A DNA stretch of 64,000 nt from a virus (Duplodnaviria > Heunggongvirae > Uroviricota > Caudoviricetes). Shown here piece by piece: positions 27,871 to 37,628 of the stretch. The stretch is from the IMG/VR virus record IMGVR_UViG_2925908680_000001; one strand, given 5' to 3'. The notes under the pieces were generated by a model. That model saw only the letters and a program-made list of their open reading frames with translations. It was not told where the DNA came from and made no database searches. The position numbers and the translations under genes are program-made. Numbering within the stretch: position 1 is the first letter of the stretch; each line of letters starts with the position of its first letter.

Positions 27871-28182
27871 ATGAAAAAAATAGATTTCACTTATTCTGCC
27901 GCCACACTTGAGCGGCGCTTCACCCTCATTAGAGAGTTGGAACTGTCAAAAGTCTGGTATCAAATCCTACTGGATGAAGAGTTTTCACTGATGGTTATAG
28001 CAGAAAAATTGGCTATGCCTAATGATCGGCACAAGGTCATAGCCAGCCTCGATCTGGTGACAAACAGATACTGGGAAACAGAGGAACTACATGAGGCGGG
28101 AGTAATTCGTGACCTGATGGAGAATTCCGTTCCCCGCCGCTATCGTGCAGGGAACGGCATCTCCGTGGTTAAAGGTGTTTAA
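27871..28182 (+). CDS. Hypothetical protein
   Basis: ORF track. Confidence 0.45.
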   Translation: MKKIDFTYSAATLERRFTLIRELELSKVWYQILLDEEFSLMVIAEKLAMPNDRHKVIASLDLVTNRYWETEELHEAGVIRDLMENSVPRRYRAGNGISVVKGV

Positions 28183-28571
28183 AGCTCACCTGCGCGCTGT
28201 TTTTCAAGCACAGATTTAACATTTGGCGCTTTCCCTTTAAAAGAATGGAAAGTGCCACATTTTTCTGTTTTAACCTCGCGCAGAGCTTCGCCATCGGCGT
28301 TCTGCCATTGATGGGATAATGTCATATCACCGCGAGAAGGAACATCCAGCGAGTACAGCGTGTAAGTTCCCCCCATCTCCGCATACTCCTGGAACACATA
28401 GCTCATTACGTCAGATTCAGTTTTTCGGTGTGCGTTATCAACCTTATTCCCATTCAGAAATATGGCATCTGGATAGATTTTTATATCAAACCTACCGCAC
28501 TTAACTTGTAAATTTCCGGCGCTCGCGATCAAAGGGAAAGACGCCAGTAAAGCAATAGCCAATCTTTTCAA
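28179..28571 (-). CDS. Secreted hypothetical protein (signal peptide)
   Basis: N-terminal MKRLAIALLASFPLIASA signal-like sequence. Confidence 0.55.
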   Translation of the reverse strand: MKRLAIALLASFPLIASAGNLQVKCGRFDIKIYPDAIFLNGNKVDNAHRKTESDVMSYVFQEYAEMGGTYTLYSLDVPSRGDMTLSHQWQNADGEALREVKTEKCGTFHSFKGKAPNVKSVLEKQRAGEL

Positions 28572-28591
28572 TTCTGCCTCCGCTGCGTAAC

Positions 28592-29215
28592 TTATTGCCC
28601 GTATTTTTTACACCATTGCTCTGCCATTTGTTTGGCTAAAGGCCCGGCTACTGCACTGTATTCTGCTGTTTTACTTTGCACACATGAAGCAGATGGTTTT
28701 TTATTTCGCTGCTCGGTTAGTTTGCGCTCATAAGCCATCATGCTATCGAACCCGGCAATATCACTTTGGCGAAGCATTCCCTTTTTAACCAAAAATTGCT
28801 GCCCCTCGGGCACCAGCGCAAGCATAAAAAGTGGTTGTAATAACTCACCTAATCCTTGCTGGCGATACACTTCGAATTGCTGCCATCCCTGACTTAATCT
28901 GGAAAGAGTATCTTTGGTTGAATAACCTGTTTTTGTTATAGCTTTGTCCGTCAGATATGCTGTATATGCAAAAACGCAAAAGTCAGTTTTACCAATAAAC
29001 TGAGTTCCAACAGGCCGTAATGGAATGCCCTCTCTCTTGCAAAAGTCCATAATTGCCGCTTGTGAATGATCCCCACCAGCGTTATTCATAACCTGCTGCC
29101 CTGCCCTGTATTGTGCAGGTAACGCAGTTGCATTGGCTGTATTAACAGATACGCATCCCAACATAGCCGCGAGCGCGGTCCCTAAAACCCTTAACTTCAC
29201 TACACCGTCCTTCAT
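28592..29215 (-). CDS. Secreted/periplasmic hypothetical protein
   Basis: N-terminal signal-like LRVLGTALAAMLGCVSVNTANA; several cysteines. Confidence 0.55.
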   Translation of the reverse strand: MKDGVVKLRVLGTALAAMLGCVSVNTANATALPAQYRAGQQVMNNAGGDHSQAAIMDFCKREGIPLRPVGTQFIGKTDFCVFAYTAYLTDKAITKTGYSTKDTLSRLSQGWQQFEVYRQQGLGELLQPLFMLALVPEGQQFLVKKGMLRQSDIAGFDSMMAYERKLTEQRNKKPSASCVQSKTAEYSAVAGPLAKQMAEQWCKKYGQ

Positions 29216-29326
29216 GTAAACAAAATGAAGTTTTATGTTACAAAAACAATCAACTACATCAACATGATTTAGGCCAAATTTCGGTCAAAAAATAAAATCC
29301 ACAAAAAGTGGTTGACACTATTTTGG

Positions 29327-29349
29327 AAATCACAAACTGCACATAATCC
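29327..29349 (+). promoter_or_regulatory. Late-promoter-like element aaatcacaaact + -10-like cataat
   Basis: Member of the recurring AAATCACAAAST motif upstream of structural genes. Confidence 0.4.
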
Positions 29350-29430
29350 ATCGCGCTAACGGCTCCCGTTGAAGGTTCTTTTGACGATTAACTTTCAGCC
29401 GAAGCGCGGTAGGGAGTCATAACGCCAAAG

Positions 29431-29456
29431 CAGGCCGCCATGTGCGGCCTTTTTTT
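29431..29456 (+). terminator. Intrinsic terminator inside the 5' leader of ORF 29484
   Basis: aggccgc-catgt-gcggcct followed by ttttttt, about 25 nt before the RBS ggaggaagg. Confidence 0.6.
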
Positions 29457-29483
29457 GTATCCGTCATCCGTGGAGGAAGGACA

Positions 29484-30137
29484 ATGGAAAAGATCGCAAT
29501 ATTCAGCCTGACCACCAGCAAGCCTCAAATGCTCACTGCAATACTGAAAGACGGTGCTCTCATTATTAACGAAGTAAAACCCCTTCCCGCGTCAGCATTG
29601 GAGCAAAAGCAAAAAATTCCTCCAGCCATAGCAGCCCTGCGGAAAAGCAAATTTAAGGTACTGGTAGACGAAATTACGCCAACGATCTCCGCTGGCACCG
29701 GAGCAAGCCAGGTGACTCTCAAGACCCGTCATGCCGATGGCAGAGCAGCAATCATCGTCGGGATGGAAAGATACAGAGAGTTAAAACTCCAGAAGCTATT
29801 ATCCCTGCCGCAAAATAACAAAGGTGCTTTCGAAATCCCCGACTCTATCGTTGATACCGAATACAACGGTAACGGAGAAGAAGTCTACAGGGTGAACTGG
29901 CAGGATATCAGGCCGGAGCATATTCTGATGATCCTGTGTTGCTACGCGACCGTATACCACAACGTTGCCAGTGCGGATTACGTAGAGCAGATGACCGGTA
30001 CAGTCGAGAAAGAGCAAAAAACAGGCATACTCGCTTCGTTCCTTTCCATTATTGGGCATGAAAAAGTTAAAGCAGGCACCTCCCAGCCAAAGTCACTGGC
30101 TGGGAAAGAAGTTGATGAAGATACCGTGATACTTTGA
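29484..30137 (+). CDS. Hypothetical protein
   Basis: ORF track frame; start moved to MEKIAIF with a strong RBS. Confidence 0.5.
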   Translation: MEKIAIFSLTTSKPQMLTAILKDGALIINEVKPLPASALEQKQKIPPAIAALRKSKFKVLVDEITPTISAGTGASQVTLKTRHADGRAAIIVGMERYRELKLQKLLSLPQNNKGAFEIPDSIVDTEYNGNGEEVYRVNWQDIRPEHILMILCCYATVYHNVASADYVEQMTGTVEKEQKTGILASFLSIIGHEKVKAGTSQPKSLAGKEVDEDTVIL

Positions 30138-30445
30138 TCACATTAGTAGCTTTGTTAACTCCCTCAACACCAGGTAGAAGAGTAACAAAAATATTGACGC
30201 GAGTATTTGAGTGGTCAATGAGGCGTTCATAAACAGATCAATTAGCTTTAATATTTCGAAGATAACATCCATGTCATTCACTCCGTTTAATTTTTAATCT
30301 AATGCCAGCAAATGAAGCTGGCCCCCGCATAAAGATTAATGAAAGTCACTTGTCACCAGTGAGGGGATTTATGGTGGCCTGTCTGTTTCTCGCATTTCAC
30401 ACCCTGCATACAGTTTCCCCCAGGTTATGACTGAGAGGCTTTGTT

Positions 30446-30775
30446 ATGGGCTATAGCAGACTCGACGATAGGTACATTGAAGACGATATTTTTCGTGCGC
30501 TGTTTCACCAGGAAATGATTAAGCGGGTATCGGAGTATCACTCTGATAATTTCCAGTACACGATAAAGATTGATGAAGTATATCGTTCAGACCTTGCAGC
30601 CTACCGGGCGTATGGCAATGCAGATTTGCGCTGGGTATTCCGGGTGCTGGTGGGCCATGAGTCAGAAATGGAAGAAATGCCCGCCGGGACCACGTTAACT
30701 CTTCCTGATGTGGCATGGCTGAGGAATAAGATCCGTGATTACGCGAGCGCGGAACCGGAGATAGAAAATGCCTGA
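30446..30775 (+). CDS. Hypothetical protein
   Basis: ORF track; coupled to the downstream gene. Confidence 0.45.
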   Translation: MGYSRLDDRYIEDDIFRALFHQEMIKRVSEYHSDNFQYTIKIDEVYRSDLAAYRAYGNADLRWVFRVLVGHESEMEEMPAGTTLTLPDVAWLRNKIRDYASAEPEIENA

Positions 30776-31964
30776 TTTCCTGAAAAACCAGGACGGGCGC
30801 TATATCACTGACGGCCTGTCCTCTAAGGACTTCACGCGTTTATTCGACCTTATCAGGAAAGAACAAACCCGTAAGCGCCGGCAAGCTCACCGGACGCTGA
30901 CGCCAGGTAGACTGAGGAACAAATCCGCCGAAGATATTCTCAAGTTAGGGAAGAAAAAAGGCGGCACGTTCTTCACGCGAGACGACCTGAAAGGTTTCGA
31001 AAAGCTACGGAGTAAAACGCGCGAAAAATATGACAGCAAGACGGCTGGCATCACATACGCCCAGCTGGTGGCATCCAGCCAGGCAATCGATATTAAGCGT
31101 GCAAATAACGCCGTGGATGACGGATCCGGTATCAAAAGAGCTACCCCCGTATCTCTTCGCCACAATGTGATTAATATCCGCGTAGAAGCATCGGATATAT
31201 CCGTCCACCAGCACCATATCGTCCGGATACGCTTTGAAGAATGGGATCAGATGGTTGATGACATCGCAGAAGACGATAAATCAGCTCTCAAAATCACTAA
31301 ATCACTGTGCGCCGGGCGAGTGTCTTTCGATTGTGACTGTGGTCGTCATCAATACTGGTATCGTTACATCGCCACTGCGGGTAACTTTGCCCTGGCACCG
31401 CCAAAAGAATACGCCTATCCAAAAGTTCGCAACCCGAAGCTGCAAGGCGTCGCCTGTAAACACGTGATCCACTCAATGACGCGGTTACAGTCCGCCAGTT
31501 GGCAAATGAGTATTGCTCGTGCGCTACAAAAGGCTGCAACGCAAATTGCATTTGGTGACGATCGCCGCCGTACAACTAAACACTTCTCAAAAGAAGACGA
31601 GAAGGAGTTTAATCGCAATCGTAGCAGTAAAACGAACGTTGAAGCCGCCAAACGCGAATGGAGGCTCTATCAGAAGCGCCAGGCAGCTTTAAGTACAAAA
31701 CTGGCAAAGGACAACGGCAAGATCGACAAGCTACGTGACCAATTGACCAGGGCCAGAAAGTTGTCAGACGCACAGAAAAAACGGGCGGCTGCAAAAGAAG
31801 CGGCCTTGCAACGTGAGAAACAGAAAAATAAGGAACTTCAGCAACGCCTTGCCGATCAGTTCGCACTGAAGAAGCAGGCGTTCATTGATGCACTGGTCAT
31901 GGCAGGAACGTCACCTGAGCAAGCTGAAAAAATGTTTATGGAGTACGTGAAGAAAGGTTCTTGA
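30768..31964 (+). CDS. SWIM zinc-finger-like protein with basic coiled-coil C-terminus
   Basis: CDCGRHQYWY...CKHVIH fits a CxCxnCxH SWIM pattern; C-terminal Lys/Arg-rich coiled coil. Confidence 0.5.
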   Translation: MPDFLKNQDGRYITDGLSSKDFTRLFDLIRKEQTRKRRQAHRTLTPGRLRNKSAEDILKLGKKKGGTFFTRDDLKGFEKLRSKTREKYDSKTAGITYAQLVASSQAIDIKRANNAVDDGSGIKRATPVSLRHNVINIRVEASDISVHQHHIVRIRFEEWDQMVDDIAEDDKSALKITKSLCAGRVSFDCDCGRHQYWYRYIATAGNFALAPPKEYAYPKVRNPKLQGVACKHVIHSMTRLQSASWQMSIARALQKAATQIAFGDDRRRTTKHFSKEDEKEFNRNRSSKTNVEAAKREWRLYQKRQAALSTKLAKDNGKIDKLRDQLTRARKLSDAQKKRAAAKEAALQREKQKNKELQQRLADQFALKKQAFIDALVMAGTSPEQAEKMFMEYVKKGS

Positions 31965-31998
31965 TTGACAACAAAGGCGGTCATACAGACCGCCAAAC

Positions 31999-32358
31999 TC
32001 ATACACCAACCAGGCTTTCAAGAGGAATGCCAAACTGGGAATGTAAACGACGAATCATAGGTAACGTTAAATTTCGTGTCCCATTTAGCACTTCGTAAAC
32101 ACGATTTGACTTACCAATCGCCGGTTCCAGATCCTTCACGGTCAGCCCTTGCTGTTCCATACGGAATTTAATGGCCTCAATAGGTGATGGTGGCTCAATT
32201 GGGTAATGTTTTTTCTCGTACTCCTCAATGAGAAGACACATAACCTCAAAGAAATCGCCTTCCGGTGTGTTCATTTCCGGTTCATTATCGAACATCGGTT
32301 CGACCGCACGCAGTGCGGCCTCATAATCTTGTTCTGTACGGATAGGTTTAATGTTCAT
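31999..32358 (-). CDS. higA: HigA antitoxin (XRE-family HTH)
   Basis: 119 aa HTH protein directly downstream of higB. Confidence 0.8.
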   Translation of the reverse strand: MNIKPIRTEQDYEAALRAVEPMFDNEPEMNTPEGDFFEVMCLLIEEYEKKHYPIEPPSPIEAIKFRMEQQGLTVKDLEPAIGKSNRVYEVLNGTRNLTLPMIRRLHSQFGIPLESLVGV

Positions 32359-32361
32359 GAT

Positions 32362-32664
32362 TTACTCCAGTTCTATTGTATCCGCTTCAATGGCATCGTA
32401 TTCCTTATGTGTTCCAATAAACTTAACGAACATCCATCCTCGCTGATAAGCAATTGCGACAATTAACCTGTAATCATTTCCCTTAATATTGAACACCACG
32501 CGCCTGTTTTTAAGGATGCTGGCTGTCCGGTACTGTTCTTTGATCTCAGCCGGATTTTTCCAGTCAGCCTTTGTTGCTTCATCAACCCATGCCTTTAATG
32601 GCTGTTCTGCATCGGGATTCTTCGCCCAGAAATCCCTTAGTGTTTTTACCGAAATTATTTTCAT
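32362..32664 (-). CDS. higB: HigB toxin (RelE/ParE superfamily mRNA interferase)
   Basis: 100 aa from MKIISVKTLRDFW...; THKEYD motif as in E. coli HigB; start placed at the internal ATG behind a -10-like tatact. Confidence 0.8.
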   Translation of the reverse strand: MKIISVKTLRDFWAKNPDAEQPLKAWVDEATKADWKNPAEIKEQYRTASILKNRRVVFNIKGNDYRLIVAIAYQRGWMFVKFIGTHKEYDAIEADTIELE

Positions 32665-32694
32665 CACAGATTCCTTCTCTCTGAAAGTATAGTA

Positions 32695-32740
32695 GTCCCA
32701 ATATGGGACAATGTAAAGCACTTTAGTCCCATGCTGGGAT
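32695..32740. promoter_or_regulatory. Palindromic operators in the higBA promoter
   Basis: gtcccaatatgggac (perfect palindrome) and gtcccatgctgggat, upstream of higB. Confidence 0.6.
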
Positions 32741-32748
32741 ATGAATTG

Positions 32749-32768
32749 AAATCACAATCTCCAGACAA
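32749..32768 (+). promoter_or_regulatory. Late-promoter-like element gaaatcacaatct
   Basis: Variant of AAATCACAAAST upstream of ORF 32809. Confidence 0.35.
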
Positions 32769-32808
32769 TGCACCCTCGATACCTGATAAATCGACCTTTG
32801 AGGATGCT

Positions 32809-33601
32809 TATGGGCCGTTTTGACGAATGGTTTTCTGACGATGCAAACCTGGCAAGTAAGGAGTCAGAACATGACAGCACGCAGAGAGAAACGCCAGCGC
32901 CGATTGAAGCGAATGCAGGAGGCGCGCCGGAACATGGCAATACCAGTTCGGATTCATTCAGCATTCTGGAAGAGCAACCCGCCGCCAAAGCTGATAGCCA
33001 TGATAATTTTGCTGATAGCAACGGTGGCCTTACTCCAGATGCTGGCGAATCAGATATAGCCATACTTCCACCTTCCCTGGCTGGCAGAGAACCAACTCCA
33101 CAGCTAAAAGCACGCTATAACGGGCATAAAGCCTTTAACGACCAAATCCGCACAGACTGGATGCTGATTATTGAATCCAGCCCAGACGCGTTTCAGGCTC
33201 TCTTATATCGACCAGATGTTGGCACATATGGGGTAGTCAGCGACGAAACAGGAGAAGAGTCATTCACTGAACTGGATAACAACCAACGCGAACTGACTTA
33301 CCAGGAACCTGAAATCGTTTATGTGCTGGATAACCCGGACGGGCGTGACTCTTTCCATGCGATTGACGCAGACGGTGAGCAGGATGGCTTAACCGATGAT
33401 GTTCTGATTCTGCGTATTGCAGCAAATAACGTCCCCGTCGGCTCAATTCTTGAATGGAATGAAGAGATGGTAAACGGCGTAGCCCGCCGCTGGTGGTACG
33501 TGCACCGTATTTTTAGCTACGGCACACAGCATGTTGGTTCGCTTTACTACTGCATACCAGCCAGGAATTTTGATACGACTCAAAACGGAGTGATCGAATG
33601 A
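32809..33601 (+). CDS. Acidic hypothetical protein (structural-module candidate)
   Basis: ORF track frame with start at MGRFDEW. Confidence 0.4.
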
Positions 33602-34365
33602 CTTCAAATAAAACCCTCCTGGCGCGAACAGGTGAATGGCAAACCTCACGCACAGGAAAATTCCAGACCACGGGCTTTGAAAACGTGGATAACGCGTTTG
33701 CGACGCTAATCAGCAACATTTTTTCTGATATCTTACTGGTGGCCCCCGCGCCGGAAGAAAAACGCTTTGCGTCATTCTTGAATCGTCCACCAGCAGAGCG
33801 TGTCTATGTGGCCCGTTTCGACAATGCGATCGAGTTTCTTAAAGCAGTTCGTCGCGCAAATGCCGGGCAAGGGAGAAAACCTGAAAACCAGAACATTAAC
33901 CGGGATGCTCTCCCCCTGGTCAATATCTCACGCACTATGGATATCAATTATATCAACGATGATCAGCAGATTGACCGCAAAAAAGTAGCCAGTTTTTGCG
34001 AACCGGATACCGGAATGCCTTTAGCAGAACTGGAATACACCCAGGCCATTCTGACGTATGACGTTACGTTAATGGCAACTGATAAAGCGACCATGAGTCT
34101 GATGTGTAATTCGCTGGGCGCACGGCTTCGCCTGATGACAGGTACACAATTTGAAGCAACCACTCACCTTGTTCGTGTTCCGGTCCCGCTGATTTGCTCG
34201 ATACAGGATGCCAAAGAAGTCGGCTTTACGGATGTTTCAGCACCAATTGGAGAAGAGCGTATTTATGCCACACAAGCGCCGATAAGTGTGATTGCAGACG
34301 TGATCACAGCATGGGAGTTGGACGCAAAACGTATTATTACCGAAACCTCGATATCTATGGGGTGA
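33598..34365 (+). CDS. Hypothetical protein (baseplate/tail module candidate)
   Basis: ORF track; ATGA start/stop overlap. Confidence 0.45.
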   Translation: MTSNKTLLARTGEWQTSRTGKFQTTGFENVDNAFATLISNIFSDILLVAPAPEEKRFASFLNRPPAERVYVARFDNAIEFLKAVRRANAGQGRKPENQNINRDALPLVNISRTMDINYINDDQQIDRKKVASFCEPDTGMPLAELEYTQAILTYDVTLMATDKATMSLMCNSLGARLRLMTGTQFEATTHLVRVPVPLICSIQDAKEVGFTDVSAPIGEERIYATQAPISVIADVITAWELDAKRIITETSISMG

Positions 34366-34368
34366 TAA

Positions 34369-35349
34369 GTGGCCCAGGAGTTACAACAATATTTTCTACA
34401 GTCAGTGCTCATTAACGATAACAAAGTGCCACGAGACTGGATTTTTACCGCAGTATATGTAGAAAAAACCAGCCTCAAAGCCCCTTTGCTAAAACTGGAA
34501 ATTCATGACGCTACCGGCACCGTAATTGATGACTGGAAAGCCAAATACGGTGCATCGCTGGTGGCTGAAATGGGCGAACCAAACGGTAATGCAGGCACTT
34601 TTAAAACAGATTTCTTTGTTACGTCTGCAATGCTGGCTGGTGATGTTGTTACCGTTATTGCTGTCAGTGAAGACGTGCGCAGGTTTAAGATCCCCTCCCC
34701 GCGCACAAATTTACATACCAACAAAACACCAGACGCTATATTCAAGGCATATTCCGGCAAGCTTAAAATTACCAGCAGCGTGCTAAAACGCGCAGTTACA
34801 TATCATCTGAATGCCGGTGACAAACCGTCAAAAATGCTTTCGGAGATAGCGCGAGACAAAGGTGCATTATGTTGGGTATGCCGGGGGGAATTTAACTTTT
34901 ACACCCTGGCTGATCTGATGAAGCAAACGCCATCATTTACCTACGAGGGGAATAACCCTAAAGCAGAATACACTTTGTCCAAAATGCGCCTACTCCAACA
35001 GGAACATGCGACAACAGCAAAGAATCAATATCGTTTTGTTGGGTATTCCATGACCGATGGCTACGTCGAATATGGCGATAGCTCACTCCCAGTGCGTTAT
35101 ATATCCGACTCTGATATGGAAACTCTTCGCAATATGCAGCTGTCTCTCGTCCCCAAAATGGATATAGAAGTCGCAGGCAATCCTGATATAAAACCGGGGA
35201 TGGTGATAGAGATTATCGTATACCGCTATGACCAGGAAAACCGCATTGATGAATCAATGCCCCGTAAGCTGATAGTAAAAAATGTTGCGCACTTTGAAGA
35301 CCGCGTAGGCTACACAACACGAATGATATTGGGAGTGCCGAACAAATGA
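34369..35349 (+). CDS. Hypothetical protein (baseplate hub candidate)
   Basis: ORF track; operon with the spike-like gene. Confidence 0.4.
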   Translation: MAQELQQYFLQSVLINDNKVPRDWIFTAVYVEKTSLKAPLLKLEIHDATGTVIDDWKAKYGASLVAEMGEPNGNAGTFKTDFFVTSAMLAGDVVTVIAVSEDVRRFKIPSPRTNLHTNKTPDAIFKAYSGKLKITSSVLKRAVTYHLNAGDKPSKMLSEIARDKGALCWVCRGEFNFYTLADLMKQTPSFTYEGNNPKAEYTLSKMRLLQQEHATTAKNQYRFVGYSMTDGYVEYGDSSLPVRYISDSDMETLRNMQLSLVPKMDIEVAGNPDIKPGMVIEIIVYRYDQENRIDESMPRKLIVKNVAHFEDRVGYTTRMILGVPNK

Positions 35350-35999
35350 AGCGTAGAGCGCAAATTGTTGGAACTGTGCACCCGGCAGGGCTTATGCGTG
35401 CTCAAGTCCGTGTTTTACCTGACTGGAATGGCGTTCCTGATGACGATCTACCCTGGGCGGAATACCTGTTACCCATCGGAAACGCTTTTGTACCCACAGT
35501 CAAAGGTGACCTGGTCTGGGTAGAGTTTCCTTATTTAGATGTTAACGGTCGAATAGACACCAGACGCCCAATGATAGTTGGTGCCGCTCAGGATGCACCG
35601 GGTGGAATTCCAAACGTTGCACCAGAAGCATCTGGCAAAGGCAACGGCTGGACGCCGCCGGAAGTAGATGGAGCACCTCCCCGCCCCCAAATCTCAGCAA
35701 CGAAAGACTTCGTTATTCACCGCAACAATATTCTTGAAGTACGAACTGCTGGTGGCGGCTATGAAATTGCCAATACGGCAGCAGGCTCAAGGATTGGCAT
35801 GAATGAGTCCGGGCAGATATATATCATTGGTCCGGCTGATGTAATCGTGAATGCAGGAGGGAGTGTTAACGTCAAATCAGCCAACAACATCAATGTTAAT
35901 GGGGAAAATATAGCTGTCACCGCTAACGGAGACATAGCTTTCAAGGCAGGAGGAACCTTTCAGGCCACTGCTGGCAACTTCGATTTCAAGAAAGGATAG
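35346..35999 (+). CDS. Baseplate central spike-like protein (OB-fold N-terminus, beta-helix C-terminus)
   Basis: N-terminal VKGDLVWVEFPYLDVNG and C-terminal short repeats VNAGGSVNVKSANNINVNGENIAVTANGDIAFKAGG. Confidence 0.5.
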   Translation: MKRRAQIVGTVHPAGLMRAQVRVLPDWNGVPDDDLPWAEYLLPIGNAFVPTVKGDLVWVEFPYLDVNGRIDTRRPMIVGAAQDAPGGIPNVAPEASGKGNGWTPPEVDGAPPRPQISATKDFVIHRNNILEVRTAGGGYEIANTAAGSRIGMNESGQIYIIGPADVIVNAGGSVNVKSANNINVNGENIAVTANGDIAFKAGGTFQATAGNFDFKKG

Positions 36000-36014
36000 A
36001 AAATGCACCCATTT

Positions 36015-36050
36015 GTGTTAGATAATTAACATGTATTTTCTAACACAAAT
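36015..36050. promoter_or_regulatory. Inverted pair of operator-like motifs upstream of rdgC
   Basis: ccatttgtgttaga ... tctaacacaaatgg: 14-bp perfect inverted repeat ending about 10 bp before the rdgC start. Confidence 0.5.
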
Positions 36051-36058
36051 GGTGAGAC

Positions 36059-36964
36059 ATGAGATCAGTCGCTTTCAAAAATATCTTCATCTATCGTCTT
36101 TCACGCGAAGTTAGCTGGGATACTGCAGCGGTAAACGCTGCTCTTGGCAAATTTGTGTTTACCCCATGCGGTTCTCAGGACATGGTTAAAGCTGGTTGGA
36201 CGCCTGTTCTTGGCAACAACCTCACACATGAATACCAGGGTTTTCTTCTGATACAGCATAAACGAGAGGAAAAAATCCTACCTTCTCAAGTGCTCAAAGA
36301 AGAGTTACAGAAAAAAATCCTGACACTTGAAGAAGAGCAAGACAGAAAGCTGAAGAAGACCGAAAAAGATTCGCTGAAGGATGAAGTGCTTCACTCTCTT
36401 CTTCCTCGTGCTTTCACGAGAAAATCACTCGCCAAAATCCTGATCGACCGCAGCAACCATCTGGTATTCGTTGAGGCAAGCAGCGCCAAAAAGGCAGAGG
36501 ACCAGCTGGCTTTATTGCGAAAATCGCTCGGCAGCCTGCCTGTCATTCCATTCACACCACGCGAACCGCTGGAAATTACAATGACCGAGTGGTTTAAAAA
36601 CGGCTTCCCTGCCGGATTTACAGCAGGTGAAGACGCCACATTAAAGGGTCTGCTCGATAATGGTGGTGCCGTTCGCTGCAACAAAGTTGATCTACAGTCC
36701 GACGAGATTATGTCTCACATTGAGGCGGGGAAAGTAGCTACGACCGTTGCAATTAACTGGATGGAACGCGCGTCGTTCAGAGTCAACGATGATATGAGTA
36801 TCAAAGCCCTGACATTCTGTGATGATCTCTATGACCAGAACGACGATATCGACCGGGAGGATGTAGCACAACGATTTGATGCTGATTTCGTGCTCTTTAC
36901 GGGCGAATTATCTGCACTGTTTAACGCGCTGGTGGAGGCCATTGGCGGTGAAGCAGAACGATAA
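36059..36964 (+). CDS. rdgC: Recombination-associated protein RdgC homolog
   Basis: Strong similarity to E. coli RdgC as recalled (FTPCGSQDM, KLKKTEKDSLKDEVLHSLLPRAF, SAKKAEDQLALLRKSLGSLPV). Confidence 0.85.
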   Translation: MRSVAFKNIFIYRLSREVSWDTAAVNAALGKFVFTPCGSQDMVKAGWTPVLGNNLTHEYQGFLLIQHKREEKILPSQVLKEELQKKILTLEEEQDRKLKKTEKDSLKDEVLHSLLPRAFTRKSLAKILIDRSNHLVFVEASSAKKAEDQLALLRKSLGSLPVIPFTPREPLEITMTEWFKNGFPAGFTAGEDATLKGLLDNGGAVRCNKVDLQSDEIMSHIEAGKVATTVAINWMERASFRVNDDMSIKALTFCDDLYDQNDDIDREDVAQRFDADFVLFTGELSALFNALVEAIGGEAER

Positions 36965-36980
36965 TAACCGACAGCTTGTT

Positions 36981-37628
36981 GTGAGTCTTTGTGATTTTAC
37001 GGGGGCAATGGTTGCCCCCTGGCTGGAATACGGTGTCGATGCCGCTATCGTCGATCCACAGCACTTATCGACCAGTGACGAGCGGATGCAATCAGGTGCC
37101 GTTCTGACGCGTATTAGTGCGATCATCGATAGCGATGAAGTATACGCTTTTCTCCGTAAGAATTTGCAGCGCATCGTGTTTCTGGCCGGGTTCCCACCGT
37201 GTACTGACCTGGCTGTTTCCGGCGCGCGCTGGTTTTCGGACAAGGCTAATAAAGATCCGGTTTTCCAGTTCAAAGCAATGCAGGTTGTCTGGCAGTGTTA
37301 TGACATTGCAAAGATGATCGGTTGTCCGTACATGATTGAAAATCCGGTCAGCAAAATATCGACATTCTGGCGTAAGCCAGATCACATCTTTCACCCTTAC
37401 TTCTTCACTGCATATTGTCAGGAAGATAACTACACCAAAAAAACATGCCTCTGGAGCGGCCAGGGCTTTGTCATGCCTGATGCCCTAATGGACGAATCAT
37501 TAGGCAAGCCAGATAACAGAATCCATGCCGCGCCACCAGGGCCTGACAGGGCTAATTTTCGAAGTGCTACTCCACATGGATTCGCAAAGGCAGTTTTCGA
37601 AGCGAATAAGGGGGTGCTCTATGAGTAA
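36981..37628 (+). CDS. Putative DNA (cytosine-5) methyltransferase-like protein, short form
   Basis: Motif I-like SLCDFTGAMV and motif IV-like GFPPCTD; GTG start assumed; stop overlaps dam start (ATGAGTAA). Confidence 0.45.
   Translation: MSLCDFTGAMVAPWLEYGVDAAIVDPQHLSTSDERMQSGAVLTRISAIIDSDEVYAFLRKNLQRIVFLAGFPPCTDLAVSGARWFSDKANKDPVFQFKAMQVVWQCYDIAKMIGCPYMIENPVSKISTFWRKPDHIFHPYFFTAYCQEDNYTKKTCLWSGQGFVMPDALMDESLGKPDNRIHAAPPGPDRANFRSATPHGFAKAVFEANKGVLYE

Noticed and set aside
36876-36980. N-terminal extension of the methyltransferase-like ORF given by the ORF track (start 36876)
   Set aside because: That stretch overlaps the 3' end of rdgC in another frame; an internal GTG at 36981 after the rdgC stop is a more plausible start.
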